A stretch of DNA of 64,000 nt, from contig JAFVBX010000074.1 of the NCBI GenBank assembly GCA_017479675.1, positions 24,677 through 88,676 on the forward strand, read 5' to 3'. Made by a program: the position numbers and the translations under genes. The notes beneath the pieces were generated by a model. That model made no database searches. It was given only the letters and a program-made list of their open reading frames with translations, and was not told where the DNA came from. How positions within the stretch are numbered: position 1 is the stretch's first letter; every line of letters begins with the position of its first letter. This DNA comes from Prevotella sp. (lineage in GTDB: Bacteria; Bacteroidota; Bacteroidia; Bacteroidales; Bacteroidaceae). This document shows positions 1-8,909 of the stretch, in pieces.

Positions 1-195
1 CGCGGTATGACTTCATTTCAGCATTTGTCAAGTTACTGATGTTCTGTTCGATGATTACGTTCTTCATCCGTTCACATGTTTTTGTTGTACCAATATTGCA
101 GTTTTTGATAATGTTGGCTGTCCTAATGTTGCAAATGTAAGGAAAATAATCCAATTTTGCAAATAAACATCGAAAAAAGTTGAATTTTACCGAAT

Positions 196-241
196 AAAAA
201 ACAACCAATCACTCCTTTTTCTGGAGAGATTGGTTGTTTTT
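196..241 (-). terminator. Intrinsic terminator downstream of rpmH
   Basis: Inverted repeat AAAAAACAACCAATC...GATTGGTTGTTTTT with A/T tails. Confidence 0.75.
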
Positions 242-277
242 CGGCTTAGCCAAAGCCTTTTTCGTGTACGGAAAAAT

Positions 278-433
278 TTACTTTCCGTGATGCTCGTCGC
301 TTACAGAGAGCTTCTTACGACCCTGAGCGCGGCGGTTAGCGAGCACCTTGCGACCGTTCTTTGTTGACATGCGTGCACGGAAACCATGCTTGTTCACGCG
401 ACGGCGATTGTGTGGCTGAAATGTTCTTTTCAT
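278..433 (-). CDS. rpmH: 50S ribosomal protein L34 (absent from the ORF track)
   Basis: Manual translation [51 protein letters not shown]. Confidence 0.97.
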   Translation of the reverse strand: MKRTFQPHNRRRVNKHGFRARMSTKNGRKVLANRRAQGRKKLSVSDEHHGK

Positions 434-481
434 TTTCTCTTAAGATATCTTATTTTTGTTAATTTTCGCAATTTCGAGGTG

Positions 482-613
482 CAAAGGTACAAAGAAAAGT
501 TGAAAGATGGGAGTTGAATGTTGAAAGTGAGCTTTGTTTTAATTTTTTTTAACATGCTATACTAAAAACTTTATGCTTTCTACTTTATACTTTCTACTTT
601 TTTCGTACCTTTG
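482..613. promoter_or_regulatory. Divergent Bacteroidota sigma-A -7 elements for rpmH (482-489, minus) and efp (606-613, plus)
   Basis: TACCTTTGC on each strand matches the TAnnTTTG consensus. Confidence 0.75.
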
Positions 614-683
614 CAGCGCTTTATGCGTACGCACGAGGCGGGCGCAGCGTGATACATCAGTAATACACAAGATAAAAACAACA

Positions 684-1250
684 ATGATTAATTCACAGGA
701 CATTAAGAAAGGCGTTGCCGTACGTATGGACGGTGGCATTTGGGTTTGCATCGATTTCCAGCCCCGCAAGCCAGGTAAGGGTAACACTATCATGATTATC
801 AAGTTGAAGAACGTGACCGACGGCCGCGTGCTTGAGCGTCGTTTCAACATCGGCGAGAAGCTCGAGGAGGTGCAGATTACCCGTCGTCCTTACCAGTATC
901 TCTACAAGGAGGGTGAGGACTATATCTTCATGAACCAGGAGACCTACGACCAGACTCCTATACCTGCTGAGCTTGTTACAGGTGTGGAGTACATGAAGGA
1001 GTCAGACATCGTAGAGGTAGTAAGCGATGCTGATACCGACACGGTGCTTTATGCCGAGATGCCAGTAAAGACCATCCTTCGCGTTACTCACTCTGAGCCA
1101 GGCGTAAAGGGTGACACGGCAACCAACACTCTCAAGCCCGCTACGCTGGAGACAGGCGTTGAAATCCGCGTGCCTCTCTTCATCGAGGAAGGTGAACTCG
1201 TGCAGGTTGACACCCGCGACGGCAGCTACTTGCAGCGCATAAAGGAATAA
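684..1250 (+). CDS. efp: Elongation factor P
   Basis: KPGKG loop and GVKGDTA...KPATLETG...VPLFI motifs; start placed at ATG 684, downstream of the promoter. Confidence 0.96.
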   Translation: MINSQDIKKGVAVRMDGGIWVCIDFQPRKPGKGNTIMIIKLKNVTDGRVLERRFNIGEKLEEVQITRRPYQYLYKEGEDYIFMNQETYDQTPIPAELVTGVEYMKESDIVEVVSDADTDTVLYAEMPVKTILRVTHSEPGVKGDTATNTLKPATLETGVEIRVPLFIEEGELVQVDTRDGSYLQRIKE

Positions 1251-1257
1251 GACGAAG

Positions 1258-2295
1258 TTGAAATACAGTATCATAGTACCGGTATATAATAGGCCTGATG
1301 AGGTTGATGAACTGCTTGACAGTCTCACTCGTCAGGCTTATGCCGATTTTGAGGTCGTCATAGTCGAGGACGGCTCGGCAACGCCCTGCAAGGAGGTGTG
1401 CGACAAATATGCCGACAGACTTCCGTTGCGCTATTTTGTGAAGGAGAACAGCGGACCAGGACAGAGCCGTAACTATGGTGCGGAGCGTTCTAATGGTGAC
1501 TACCTCATCATCCTCGACAGCGACGTGGTGGTGCCTGACGGCTATCTTTCTGCCGTCGATGCCGAGCTGCAGGCTGAGCCTTGCGATGCCTTTGGCGGTG
1601 CCGATGCCTCACATCCTTCCTTCACTCCCGTGCAGAAGGCAATCAGCTATTCCATGACGAGCTTCTTCACCACGGGCGGCATACGTGGCGGAAAGAAGAA
1701 ACTGGACAAGTTCTATCCGCGCTCATATAACATGGGCATACGCCGCGAGGTATATCAGCAGTTGGGAGGGTTCTCGAAGATGCGCTTCGGCGAAGACATC
1801 GACTTCTCCTACCGCATAGTGGAGGCAGGCTACAAATGCCGCCTGTTTCCCAAAGCATGGGTTTGGCACAAGCGTCGTACAGACCTGAAGAAATTCTTCC
1901 GTCAGGTGTATAACAGCGGCATAGCACGCATAAACCTCGAGAAACGCCATCCAGGAACGATGAAGATTGTCCACCTCCTGCCTATGGTGTTCACCGTCGG
2001 AGTAATAGCCTTCGTGCTCATGTCGGCAGTAGGCAGGGCTTTGATGCACTATGACGATGTTCACAAATGGTACTGGCTATGCGCTTTGCCGTGGTTGCCT
2101 ATATTACTCTATTCCCTGCTCATCTTTGTTGATTCGGCATGGCAGAACAGGTCATTGAAGATAGGTGCTATAAGCATTGCCGCCTCCTTTGTCCAGCTGA
2201 TGGGCTATGGTTGCGGTTTCCTTGAAGCATGGTGGAAACGCTGTGTGCTTGGCAAGGACGAATTTCAGGCTTTCGAGAAAAACTTTTACAAATGA
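1258..2295 (+). CDS. Glycosyltransferase family 2
   Basis: SIIVPVYNR, EDGS, LDSD (DxD) and GEDIDF motifs; C-terminal hydrophobic helices. Confidence 0.9.
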   Translation: MKYSIIVPVYNRPDEVDELLDSLTRQAYADFEVVIVEDGSATPCKEVCDKYADRLPLRYFVKENSGPGQSRNYGAERSNGDYLIILDSDVVVPDGYLSAVDAELQAEPCDAFGGADASHPSFTPVQKAISYSMTSFFTTGGIRGGKKKLDKFYPRSYNMGIRREVYQQLGGFSKMRFGEDIDFSYRIVEAGYKCRLFPKAWVWHKRRTDLKKFFRQVYNSGIARINLEKRHPGTMKIVHLLPMVFTVGVIAFVLMSAVGRALMHYDDVHKWYWLCALPWLPILLYSLLIFVDSAWQNRSLKIGAISIAASFVQLMGYGCGFLEAWWKRCVLGKDEFQAFEKNFYK

Positions 2296-2978
2296 CAAAA
2301 CTCACTGTGAAGCAGCTTGCCGAGGAAGACCGCCCTCGCGAAAGACTTATGATGCATGGAGCTCATGCCCTGTCGAGTGCTGAGTTGCTTGCCATACTGA
2401 TAGGCTCAGGTAACAAGGACGAGACAGCCGTTGACCTCATGAAGCGTCTGCTAAGTGACTGCGACAACAATCTGGCGAAGCTCAGCAAGATGTCCATCGA
2501 CCAACTGATGACCTACAACGGCATCGGCGAGGCAAAGGCGATAACCATCCTTGCAGCCTGCGAACTGGGCAGACGACGTGAGGCGGCAGCCATGCCCGAG
2601 CGTAAGAAGTTTGCTACGGCGCAAGATATATACTCCCACCTGTGGAGCCGCATGCGCGATCTTGACGTGGAAGAGAGCTATGTGATACTCATGAATCAGG
2701 CGTTTCGCGAGATTAAGACCATCCGCCTCTCGCATGGCGGCATCACTGAGACAGCCGTCGATGTGCGTCTCATCATGAAAGAGGCACTGCTTGCCAACGC
2801 CACCACCATAGCCCTCGCCCATAATCATCCGAGCGGCAACGTGCATCCCAGTCGCGACGACGAACGTCTGACAAGGAAAGTCAGCGAGGCATGTGACACC
2901 ATGCGCCTCCACTTCCTCGACCACGTCATCATCACCGACGGCAACTATTACTCATTCAGAGAACAAGGCAAACTATGA
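2292..2978 (+). CDS. radC: RadC/JAB-domain protein (UPF0758)
   Basis: DRPRERL...LSSAELLAIL N-terminus, HhH motif GIGEAKA, HNHPSG...S..D JAB motif; ATGA overlap with the GT2 stop. Confidence 0.92.
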   Translation: MTKLTVKQLAEEDRPRERLMMHGAHALSSAELLAILIGSGNKDETAVDLMKRLLSDCDNNLAKLSKMSIDQLMTYNGIGEAKAITILAACELGRRREAAAMPERKKFATAQDIYSHLWSRMRDLDVEESYVILMNQAFREIKTIRLSHGGITETAVDVRLIMKEALLANATTIALAHNHPSGNVHPSRDDERLTRKVSEACDTMRLHFLDHVIITDGNYYSFREQGKL

Positions 2979-3325
2979 AGTTCTTTACCAGAAAATCCAA
3001 AACGATGACAATACAAGAAAAGAACGAAGCAGAACAGCGCATCATAGAGGTACTGAAGACGGTATTCGACCCCGAGATACCCGTCAACATCTATGACCTG
3101 GGACTCATCTACAAGATAGACCTTGCCGATGACGGAGCCCTCGACATCGATATGACCTTCACCGCCCCTTCGTGCCCTGCTGCCGACTATATAATAGAAG
3201 ATGTACGCACCAAGGTCTCTGCCGTGAAGGGAGTCACCTCCGCCAATGTCAACATGGTCTTTGAACCTGAGTGGGACAAGAGCATGATGACGGAAGAAGC
3301 ACGCGTAGAACTTGGATTTGAGTAG
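2975..3325 (+). CDS. DUF59/SufT-like Fe-S cluster assembly protein
   Basis: DPEIPVNIYDLGLIY and TAPSCP motifs; alternative start at 3005. Confidence 0.88.
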   Translation: MKFFTRKSKTMTIQEKNEAEQRIIEVLKTVFDPEIPVNIYDLGLIYKIDLADDGALDIDMTFTAPSCPAADYIIEDVRTKVSAVKGVTSANVNMVFEPEWDKSMMTEEARVELGFE

Positions 3326-3367
3326 CTCTTAATTCATAATTCAGATTTCTTAATTCACAATTCAAAA

Positions 3368-4120
3368 TTGATTTATTTTCTCTCCGATGCTCACCTCGGT
3401 TCCCTTGCCATACCTCACAGGAGGATGCAGGAACGTCGCCTTGTCAATTTCCTCGACGAGATAAAGGACAAGGCAGAAGCCGTATATCTGCTTGGCGACA
3501 TGTTCGACTTCTGGTACGAATACCGTCAGGTGGTGCCCAAAGGCTACACACGCTTCCTGGGCAAACTGTCCGAACTCACCGACATGGGCGTGGAGGTGCA
3601 TTTCTTCACTGGCAACCACGACATCTGGGCATACGACTATCTCGAAGAGGAGTGCGGAGTGATACTCCATAAGAAACCCGTAACCCTTGAACTTCACGGC
3701 AAGACCTTCTACCTCGCACACGGTGACGGACTCGGTGATCCTGACCGTAAGTTCAAGTTGATACGTGCCATATTCCACAATCAGCTCTGCCAGCGCATGT
3801 TCAACTGGCTGCACCCCGACCTCGGTGTCAAGTTCGGACTTGCATGGGCAAAGCACTCGCGCATGAAACGTGTCGATGGCAAGGAACCGCCATATATGGG
3901 TGAAAACACGGAACACCTCGTGCTCTTTGCCAAGGACTACCTCAAGACACACCCCGATATAGACTATTTCCTCTTCGGTCATCGCCACATAGAGCTTGAC
4001 CTTATGCTCACCAAGCAGTCGCGTCTCATGATACTTGGCGACTGGATAAGCCAGTTTACCTATGCTGTGTTCGACGGAGAGCACCTCTTTATGGAGAATT
4101 ACATGGAGGGGGAGAAATAA
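3368..4120 (+). CDS. lpxH: UDP-2,3-diacylglucosamine diphosphatase (metallophosphoesterase)
   Basis: SDAHL, LGDMFDFW, GNHD, HGD, GHRH and LGDW motifs. Confidence 0.85.
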   Translation: MIYFLSDAHLGSLAIPHRRMQERRLVNFLDEIKDKAEAVYLLGDMFDFWYEYRQVVPKGYTRFLGKLSELTDMGVEVHFFTGNHDIWAYDYLEEECGVILHKKPVTLELHGKTFYLAHGDGLGDPDRKFKLIRAIFHNQLCQRMFNWLHPDLGVKFGLAWAKHSRMKRVDGKEPPYMGENTEHLVLFAKDYLKTHPDIDYFLFGHRHIELDLMLTKQSRLMILGDWISQFTYAVFDGEHLFMENYMEGEK

Positions 4121-4177
4121 ATTCGGTACCGAATCCAGCCAATTCGGTACCGAATTCGTTCAATTTGGTACCGAATT
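4120..4177. repeat. Three palindromes (AATTCGGTACCGAATT) with a 21-bp period
   Basis: Copies start at 4120, 4141 and 4162. Confidence 0.9.
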
Positions 4178-4238
4178 CAAAACGCACCCATAGCTATATC
4201 GTATCTAAAAGCAAAAGAAAGAGCAGCTACGAACCAAC

Positions 4239-4304
4239 GTAACTGCTCTTTTTTCAGTGTGGTGCCAACGGGATTCGAACCAGTGACACACGGATTTTCA
4301 GTCC
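4239..4304 (-). repeat. att site: displaced 3' part of tRNA-Phe plus half of its terminator
   Basis: GTAACTGCTCTTTTTTCAGTGTGGTGCC...TTTTCAGTCC is identical to 63785-63850; the match ends at the anticodon arm. Confidence 0.95.
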
Positions 4305-4427
4305 ATTTTAATATGATTTATTGAGATTTTTTTGAATTTTCTTTTGCTTTCTAAGTGGCTAATTCAGAATAATTTAGTAATTTTGTGGCTGAATTGGGAA
4401 AATCTCTAAAAATGGCTTTTGAAATTT

Positions 4428-4452
4428 TTATCGTTCGCAAATCGTTCGCAAA
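4428..4452 (+). repeat. Putative integrase arm-type site, (ATCGTTCGCAA)x2
   Basis: TTATCGTTCGCAAATCGTTCGCAAA is identical to 63732-63756. Confidence 0.75.
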
Positions 4453-5916
4453 ATGGGTAGAAAAACAACTTCAATGACGGCTAACAGAGTGGGGAATGTG
4501 AATATTGCCCTACTTCTTGATAAAAGAAGTAACAAGTTTTCAAATGAATATCCTCTGACTATTCGGTTTTATATATATGAGAATGGTAGGGAGGAAAGGT
4601 ATTTTCATCATTTTCCAGAGTTCTACACGGAAAAGTATTTTGAGGAGGTGGTGAATACTACAGCATCCAGGAGTTCTCTACTTCCTGTAAAAAAGAAGTG
4701 GGAAGCATTACTTGACGAATATCGAGAGAAAATCGTGAAATTGGCTAAGAGCCATCCCAAGCTGTCGATAGAACTGGTTAAAAACTGCATAAGTGGACAG
4801 ATGGTTGATGGGGAAACGGGAACATCGTTTTTGAAAGTTTGGGAACATGTTATAGAGTCCAGGCGTGGAGAGGGCAGGGCAGGAACGGCACAAAGCTACC
4901 AGTGCGCCCTACGTTCTTTCCTGCTTATAGTGGGAGAGGTGTCTGGCTTCGCCATAGATAAAACCGTTATCTCGAAGTGGGATAAGGGAATGAGAGAGGG
5001 AGTGAGGAAGAATGGGAAAATCGTAGGAAAGATAGCAGATGCAACAAGAGGTATATACCTTCGTACTTGTCGAGTAATATGGAACGAATGCAGGAGGCAG
5101 GGGTTCCTATCTGAGGTAGAATATCCCTTCTCTAACAAGGATAATTCTCTCGTATCAATTCCAAAAGGAAAAAGACGGCAAAAGTCCTACCTGTCGGTGG
5201 AGGAGATGACTGAACTCTACGAGGTATTTATTGAAAAGAGATACCCAAGTGACAGATGGACGGAAGACTATGTAAAGAAGGTACATTATTCTCTCGGACT
5301 TTTCCTGGCACAGTATCTGTGCAATGGATTTAACCTTGCAGACCAAGCACGCCTCAGATATAACCAAACGTACTGGCAGGAGGGTGGCAGAGCATTCGAG
5401 TTTCAGCGCAAAAAGACTGCCGCCAGGAGTGGCGATAACTCAACTGTTATCGTTCCTATTATAGAGCCTCTGAAAGCTATCCTGAACGAGATAGCTGCAC
5501 CTCCTACGAAAAACGGCTATGTCTTCCCTCAGATATTTCGTGGTGTGACGGATGAGGAAGAGAGAAGGAAGATACAGTTGAAGGAGCACTCCAATATGAA
5601 GGATAGGGTAAGAAGAGTTTGCAAGGAGGTGTTGCACTGGGATAAAGAACTGGTATCAAGCACATGGGCTCGCCACAGTTTTGCTACAAACTTAAAGCTT
5701 GCAGGTGTGGAGGAGGAATACATCGCAGAAAGCATGGGACATTCTCATGGAAACGATGTGACTGCAGGCTATCAGGATATGTACCCTCTCGAAGTACGTT
5801 TCAAGAATAATATGAAGTTGTTGAAGCAGGATGAGGGCAACGAAGGAGATATCGATGTCGATAAGATGTCGGTGGAGGAGATGCGGCAGCTGTTGAAAAC
5901 GATGTTGAGAAGCTGA
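4453..5916 (+). CDS. Tyrosine recombinase/integrase (Bacteroidota type)
   Basis: N-terminal arm-binding-like region, SAM-like region (GRAGTAQSY), CNGFNLAD, RKKT, WARHSFAT, MGHS and catalytic Tyr in VTAGY. Confidence 0.93.
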   Translation: MGRKTTSMTANRVGNVNIALLLDKRSNKFSNEYPLTIRFYIYENGREERYFHHFPEFYTEKYFEEVVNTTASRSSLLPVKKKWEALLDEYREKIVKLAKSHPKLSIELVKNCISGQMVDGETGTSFLKVWEHVIESRRGEGRAGTAQSYQCALRSFLLIVGEVSGFAIDKTVISKWDKGMREGVRKNGKIVGKIADATRGIYLRTCRVIWNECRRQGFLSEVEYPFSNKDNSLVSIPKGKRRQKSYLSVEEMTELYEVFIEKRYPSDRWTEDYVKKVHYSLGLFLAQYLCNGFNLADQARLRYNQTYWQEGGRAFEFQRKKTAARSGDNSTVIVPIIEPLKAILNEIAAPPTKNGYVFPQIFRGVTDEEERRKIQLKEHSNMKDRVRRVCKEVLHWDKELVSSTWARHSFATNLKLAGVEEEYIAESMGHSHGNDVTAGYQDMYPLEVRFKNNMKLLKQDEGNEGDIDVDKMSVEEMRQLLKTMLRS

Positions 5917-5947
5917 TTTATTTTTTTTCGACATAAGGGAAAGAAAT

Positions 5948-6103
5948 TGGAGAGCTACGCTCTCAATTTCACACAATACACTACTTATACTTATTTATAT
6001 ATAAATATAATAGTAAAAAGAGTATATTTTACCCCTCTCCACTTCTCTCCACTTCTCTCCAAAACCCCTCAAATCCTCTCCAGAATGGGCTTTTTCCTCT
6101 CCA
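5948..6103. repeat. CTCTCCA iteron-like cluster around an AT-rich stretch
   Basis: TGGAGAG at 5948; CTCTCCA at 6035, 6045, 6055, 6076 and 6097. Confidence 0.7.
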
Positions 6104-6244
6104 AAGTATGGGATTTTAACATTTGAAAGATGGCTGAGATAGCGGAGAGAGGAAAGTGTGTCGTTTCTTTTTCCCTTTATTTCAAAAAAATAGGATGACT
6201 TATCGCCATCCTATATATAGTATATAATATATAATAAGGTGTAT

Positions 6245-6538
6245 TCAGCTATCAAGTCGTTTTAGTTCCGTCTCAATTTTCTTAGAATACGCCTGGCCAC
6301 GAGAAACGAGATACTGAAAACATACTGTATCTTCGATAACCAGGATGAAGAAAGCACGCATACCACCTATGCGAATACAATAGACGCTGTTGTAACCTAT
6401 CAATCGTTTGCAGTCAGTGATGTCATCTATGCGTTTTGCATTCTTAACCTCAGCTATAACTTCCCTGACGCTGCCAAGCTGCTTACCAGAGAGACGGGAT
6501 ATAGTCTTGACAAAGCTCTTTGAGTATTGTACTTTCAT
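6245..6538 (-). CDS. RelE/ParE-family toxin
   Basis: 97 aa, basic; MKVQYSKSFVK...KRLIGY..YCIRIG pattern; overlaps the upstream small gene. Confidence 0.8.
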   Translation of the reverse strand: MKVQYSKSFVKTISRLSGKQLGSVREVIAEVKNAKRIDDITDCKRLIGYNSVYCIRIGGMRAFFILVIEDTVCFQYLVSRGQAYSKKIETELKRLDS

Positions 6539-6786
6539 AGACCGTATTTCGTTTCAAAGGCGGTTTGCTCTTCTGGAGTAAGAACTTCATGCCCCTTTGG
6601 GTCACTTTTGCTAAGCACAGAATATATCAAACTGTCATTATATGATTCTGCCAGTTCATCAAGATGGTGTTCGATGAAATTCTTCAGATTAGTTCCCTGG
6701 CTTGCTGCCATGATGGAAAGCCCACGAAAAGTGGATGCCTTGATGTCGATAATTTTCTTTCGACTTGGTGCTTCTGTAGTTATCAT
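6535..6786 (-). CDS. Putative ribbon-helix-helix antitoxin
   Basis: 83 aa, RKKIIDI...LSIMAA..GTNLKNFIE; translationally coupled upstream of the toxin. Confidence 0.75.
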   Translation of the reverse strand: MITTEAPSRKKIIDIKASTFRGLSIMAASQGTNLKNFIEHHLDELAESYNDSLIYSVLSKSDPKGHEVLTPEEQTAFETKYGL

Positions 6787-7164
6787 ACTTAGTTTTTTGA
6801 AATAATTGCATGCAAATATACCATATATACGATATATTTACAAGAATTTGCCTGGATTTTGCTATTTTTTGGAAAAAAATCGCGAAAAACTTTTGGTTAA
6901 TCAAAAAATAATATTTAATTTTGCACACGACAACAGGAAAAGGCGGAAAATCCGCCACGAAAAAGGCATAAGCCACTATGGGCTGGTTAGACAGCCTTAA
7001 GCTGAGGGCATCGCCACTCGGCAAGTCACTTCTTCAAGGGTGAACATCTAACGAATACTTAACACAAAAACCAAAACAGAAAATCAGGTTGTGAAAAAAT
7101 CACAACTGATTGGTTTTTGTTCTGATTCGTTAGGGTTCCTGTAATTTTTTAATCCAATGAAGAA

Positions 7165-7527
7165 ATGACAAAATTTCTTGAGCAAATGGAGCGCGAGATT
7201 GAGGATCGCGCATCTGCAAGAGCAGCACAAATGTTTGCCGAAATGCAGGCTAATGGGGGTGTGAAGGTTCCAGAACTCCCATCAGATGTCGCACCTAACG
7301 GACAGGTGGTAACACCTTTCCTCGTAGGAGGTGTGAAGTACCTCACCCGTAAGGATGCCGCTGCCCTCTTGGGTATCGACCTCCCAGCTCTCTGGATATG
7401 GACAGAGAAGAGACAGGTGCTGAAAAAGCACAAAGTGGGAAGTCATGTTTATTATGAATACGACGAGGTGGCAAGTATCATACACGGCAATGGCAGGAAG
7501 GAGGTGAGCTATGAAGAACAACAGTGA
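7165..7527 (+). CDS. Excisionase-like HTH DNA-binding protein
   Basis: YLTRKDAAALLGID...LW.W...KVGSHVYY, a MerR/Xis-type winged HTH; first gene of the backbone operon. Confidence 0.75.
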   Translation: MTKFLEQMEREIEDRASARAAQMFAEMQANGGVKVPELPSDVAPNGQVVTPFLVGGVKYLTRKDAAALLGIDLPALWIWTEKRQVLKKHKVGSHVYYEYDEVASIIHGNGRKEVSYEEQQ

Positions 7528-8713
7528 GAAGTACGCATGGGTTGGCAGCACTATATATAAGTGGTGTGAAAAACCGAATGCCAGAGGTGAGTTAGTTCAT
7601 GAACGGATTTCGTGGTCGAGAGAGAGAATTATCAATGACTATGGAAAAGATTTTCTCAAGGAAATTCCTCGCTACGATGGTTTTTGTTGCGTTCCCAGCC
7701 ATATCCATTACCAAGAAGAAATAGGGAAATTCCTCAACGAGTATCAACCGTTGCCACACGAGCCTGCAACAGAGCCTGGGGATTGGCCGAATATCGAGAA
7801 GTTTCTTCGCCATGTTTTTGGTGAACATTTTGAAATAGGACTGGATTATATCCAAATTCTTTTAACTGACCCCCTGCAGATGCTGCCAGTTCTTCTTCTG
7901 GTATCTCGCGAACATGGTACGGGTAAGACTACATTCCTTAACTTTATGCGGGAAATCTTTGGCGATAATGCGACGTTCAATACAAATGAGGATTTCCGAT
8001 CCGAGTTTAATGCCGACTGGAGCGACAAATTACTGATTCTCGTAGATGAACTCTTTCTCAACAGGAAAGAAGACTCGGAGAAGCTCAAGAATCTGGTAAC
8101 GAAAAAGTACCACAAGAAGCAGCAGAAGTGTAAGGATAAGGTCACAGTTGATTTTTTCTCGAAGTTTATTCTCTGCACGAATAACGAAGATTTTCCCATC
8201 CTGATTGAGGAGAAGGAAAACCGTTATTTCGTTAAGAAATTGAATAGGTTAGAATCTGAAGATGTAGGGCTGGAGGAAAAGATGAAAAAGGAAATCCCAG
8301 CCTTCCTTTTCGCGCTGCTGCATAGAAAACTCTCCACAGAAGATAAGTCCAGGTTTTATTTCGATTATGCTCTCATAGATACTCCTGAAGGTAAGAGAAT
8401 GAAGGATTCTTGCTTGCCAAAAGCTGAGAAAGACCTTTCTCTAATTCTGGCAGAAATGTTCTCTCAGGATGAGGAAGTAGACCAGCTCCAATTCTCTCTC
8501 ATTGATGCAGGCGCGTGGGCGTGTGGACTTGGATACAGAATAGAGAAAACGGACATTAAAAACATCCTGGAGAAGAAGTGGGAGGTACCAAAAGATAAAC
8601 GTGGTGGAAGGACTTATTATTTTTTGCCTGTAGAAGGAAGGTTACAGAAAAAGACTGGGCGTTTCTACACGGTGACCAGAGAATTTTTCGAATCGCGTTT
8701 CCCAGATTTGTAG
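7511..8713 (+). CDS. Primase-associated P-loop helicase (DUF5906/SF3-like)
   Basis: Walker A REHGTGKTT, Walker B LILVDE, sensor FILCTN and ENRYFV. Confidence 0.82.
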   Translation: MKNNSEKYAWVGSTIYKWCEKPNARGELVHERISWSRERIINDYGKDFLKEIPRYDGFCCVPSHIHYQEEIGKFLNEYQPLPHEPATEPGDWPNIEKFLRHVFGEHFEIGLDYIQILLTDPLQMLPVLLLVSREHGTGKTTFLNFMREIFGDNATFNTNEDFRSEFNADWSDKLLILVDELFLNRKEDSEKLKNLVTKKYHKKQQKCKDKVTVDFFSKFILCTNNEDFPILIEEKENRYFVKKLNRLESEDVGLEEKMKKEIPAFLFALLHRKLSTEDKSRFYFDYALIDTPEGKRMKDSCLPKAEKDLSLILAEMFSQDEEVDQLQFSLIDAGAWACGLGYRIEKTDIKNILEKKWEVPKDKRGGRTYYFLPVEGRLQKKTGRFYTVTREFFESRFPDL

Positions 8714-8814
8714 ATAGTTGGGGAAGGTCTTCCTTCCCCCTATCTTTTCCCTTTTGTCATAAATAATGTATATACAATCTTGTTTTTGAAAAAGAGACCA
8801 AAATCAAACTTGCA

Positions 8815-8872
8815 GCAAGTTGGTTCGATGTATATACATTTTAATGTATAACAAACGAAGATGACAACTCGC
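8815..8872. promoter_or_regulatory. Candidate oriT inverted repeat
   Basis: GCAAGTTG..TTCG..TATACATT-TT-AATGTATA..CGAA..CAACTCGC immediately upstream of mobC/relaxase. Confidence 0.5.
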
Positions 8873-8909
8873 AAGCTCGCAGTATTCAAATTAAAAAACT
8901 AATAAAAAT

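Noticed and set aside
1-67. Possible gene start running off the left edge (MKNVIIEQNISNLTNAEMKSYR, minus strand)
   Set aside because: Too short to support or identify.
2292-2978. RadC/JAB as part of a CBASS-like or mobile defence system
   Set aside because: It is the full-length HhH-containing form within a core operon outside the att site, with no cyclase or E1/E2 neighbours.
4260-4304. Second tRNA-Phe gene
   Set aside because: Only the 3' 45 nt are present; the D-arm and 5' acceptor strand are missing, so this is the att duplication.
5300-5780. Integrase inactivated by non-canonical catalytic motifs (NGFN, WARH)
   Set aside because: Such substitutions are common in Bacteroidota integrases, and the Lys, Arg, His and Tyr positions and the att/arm sites look intact.
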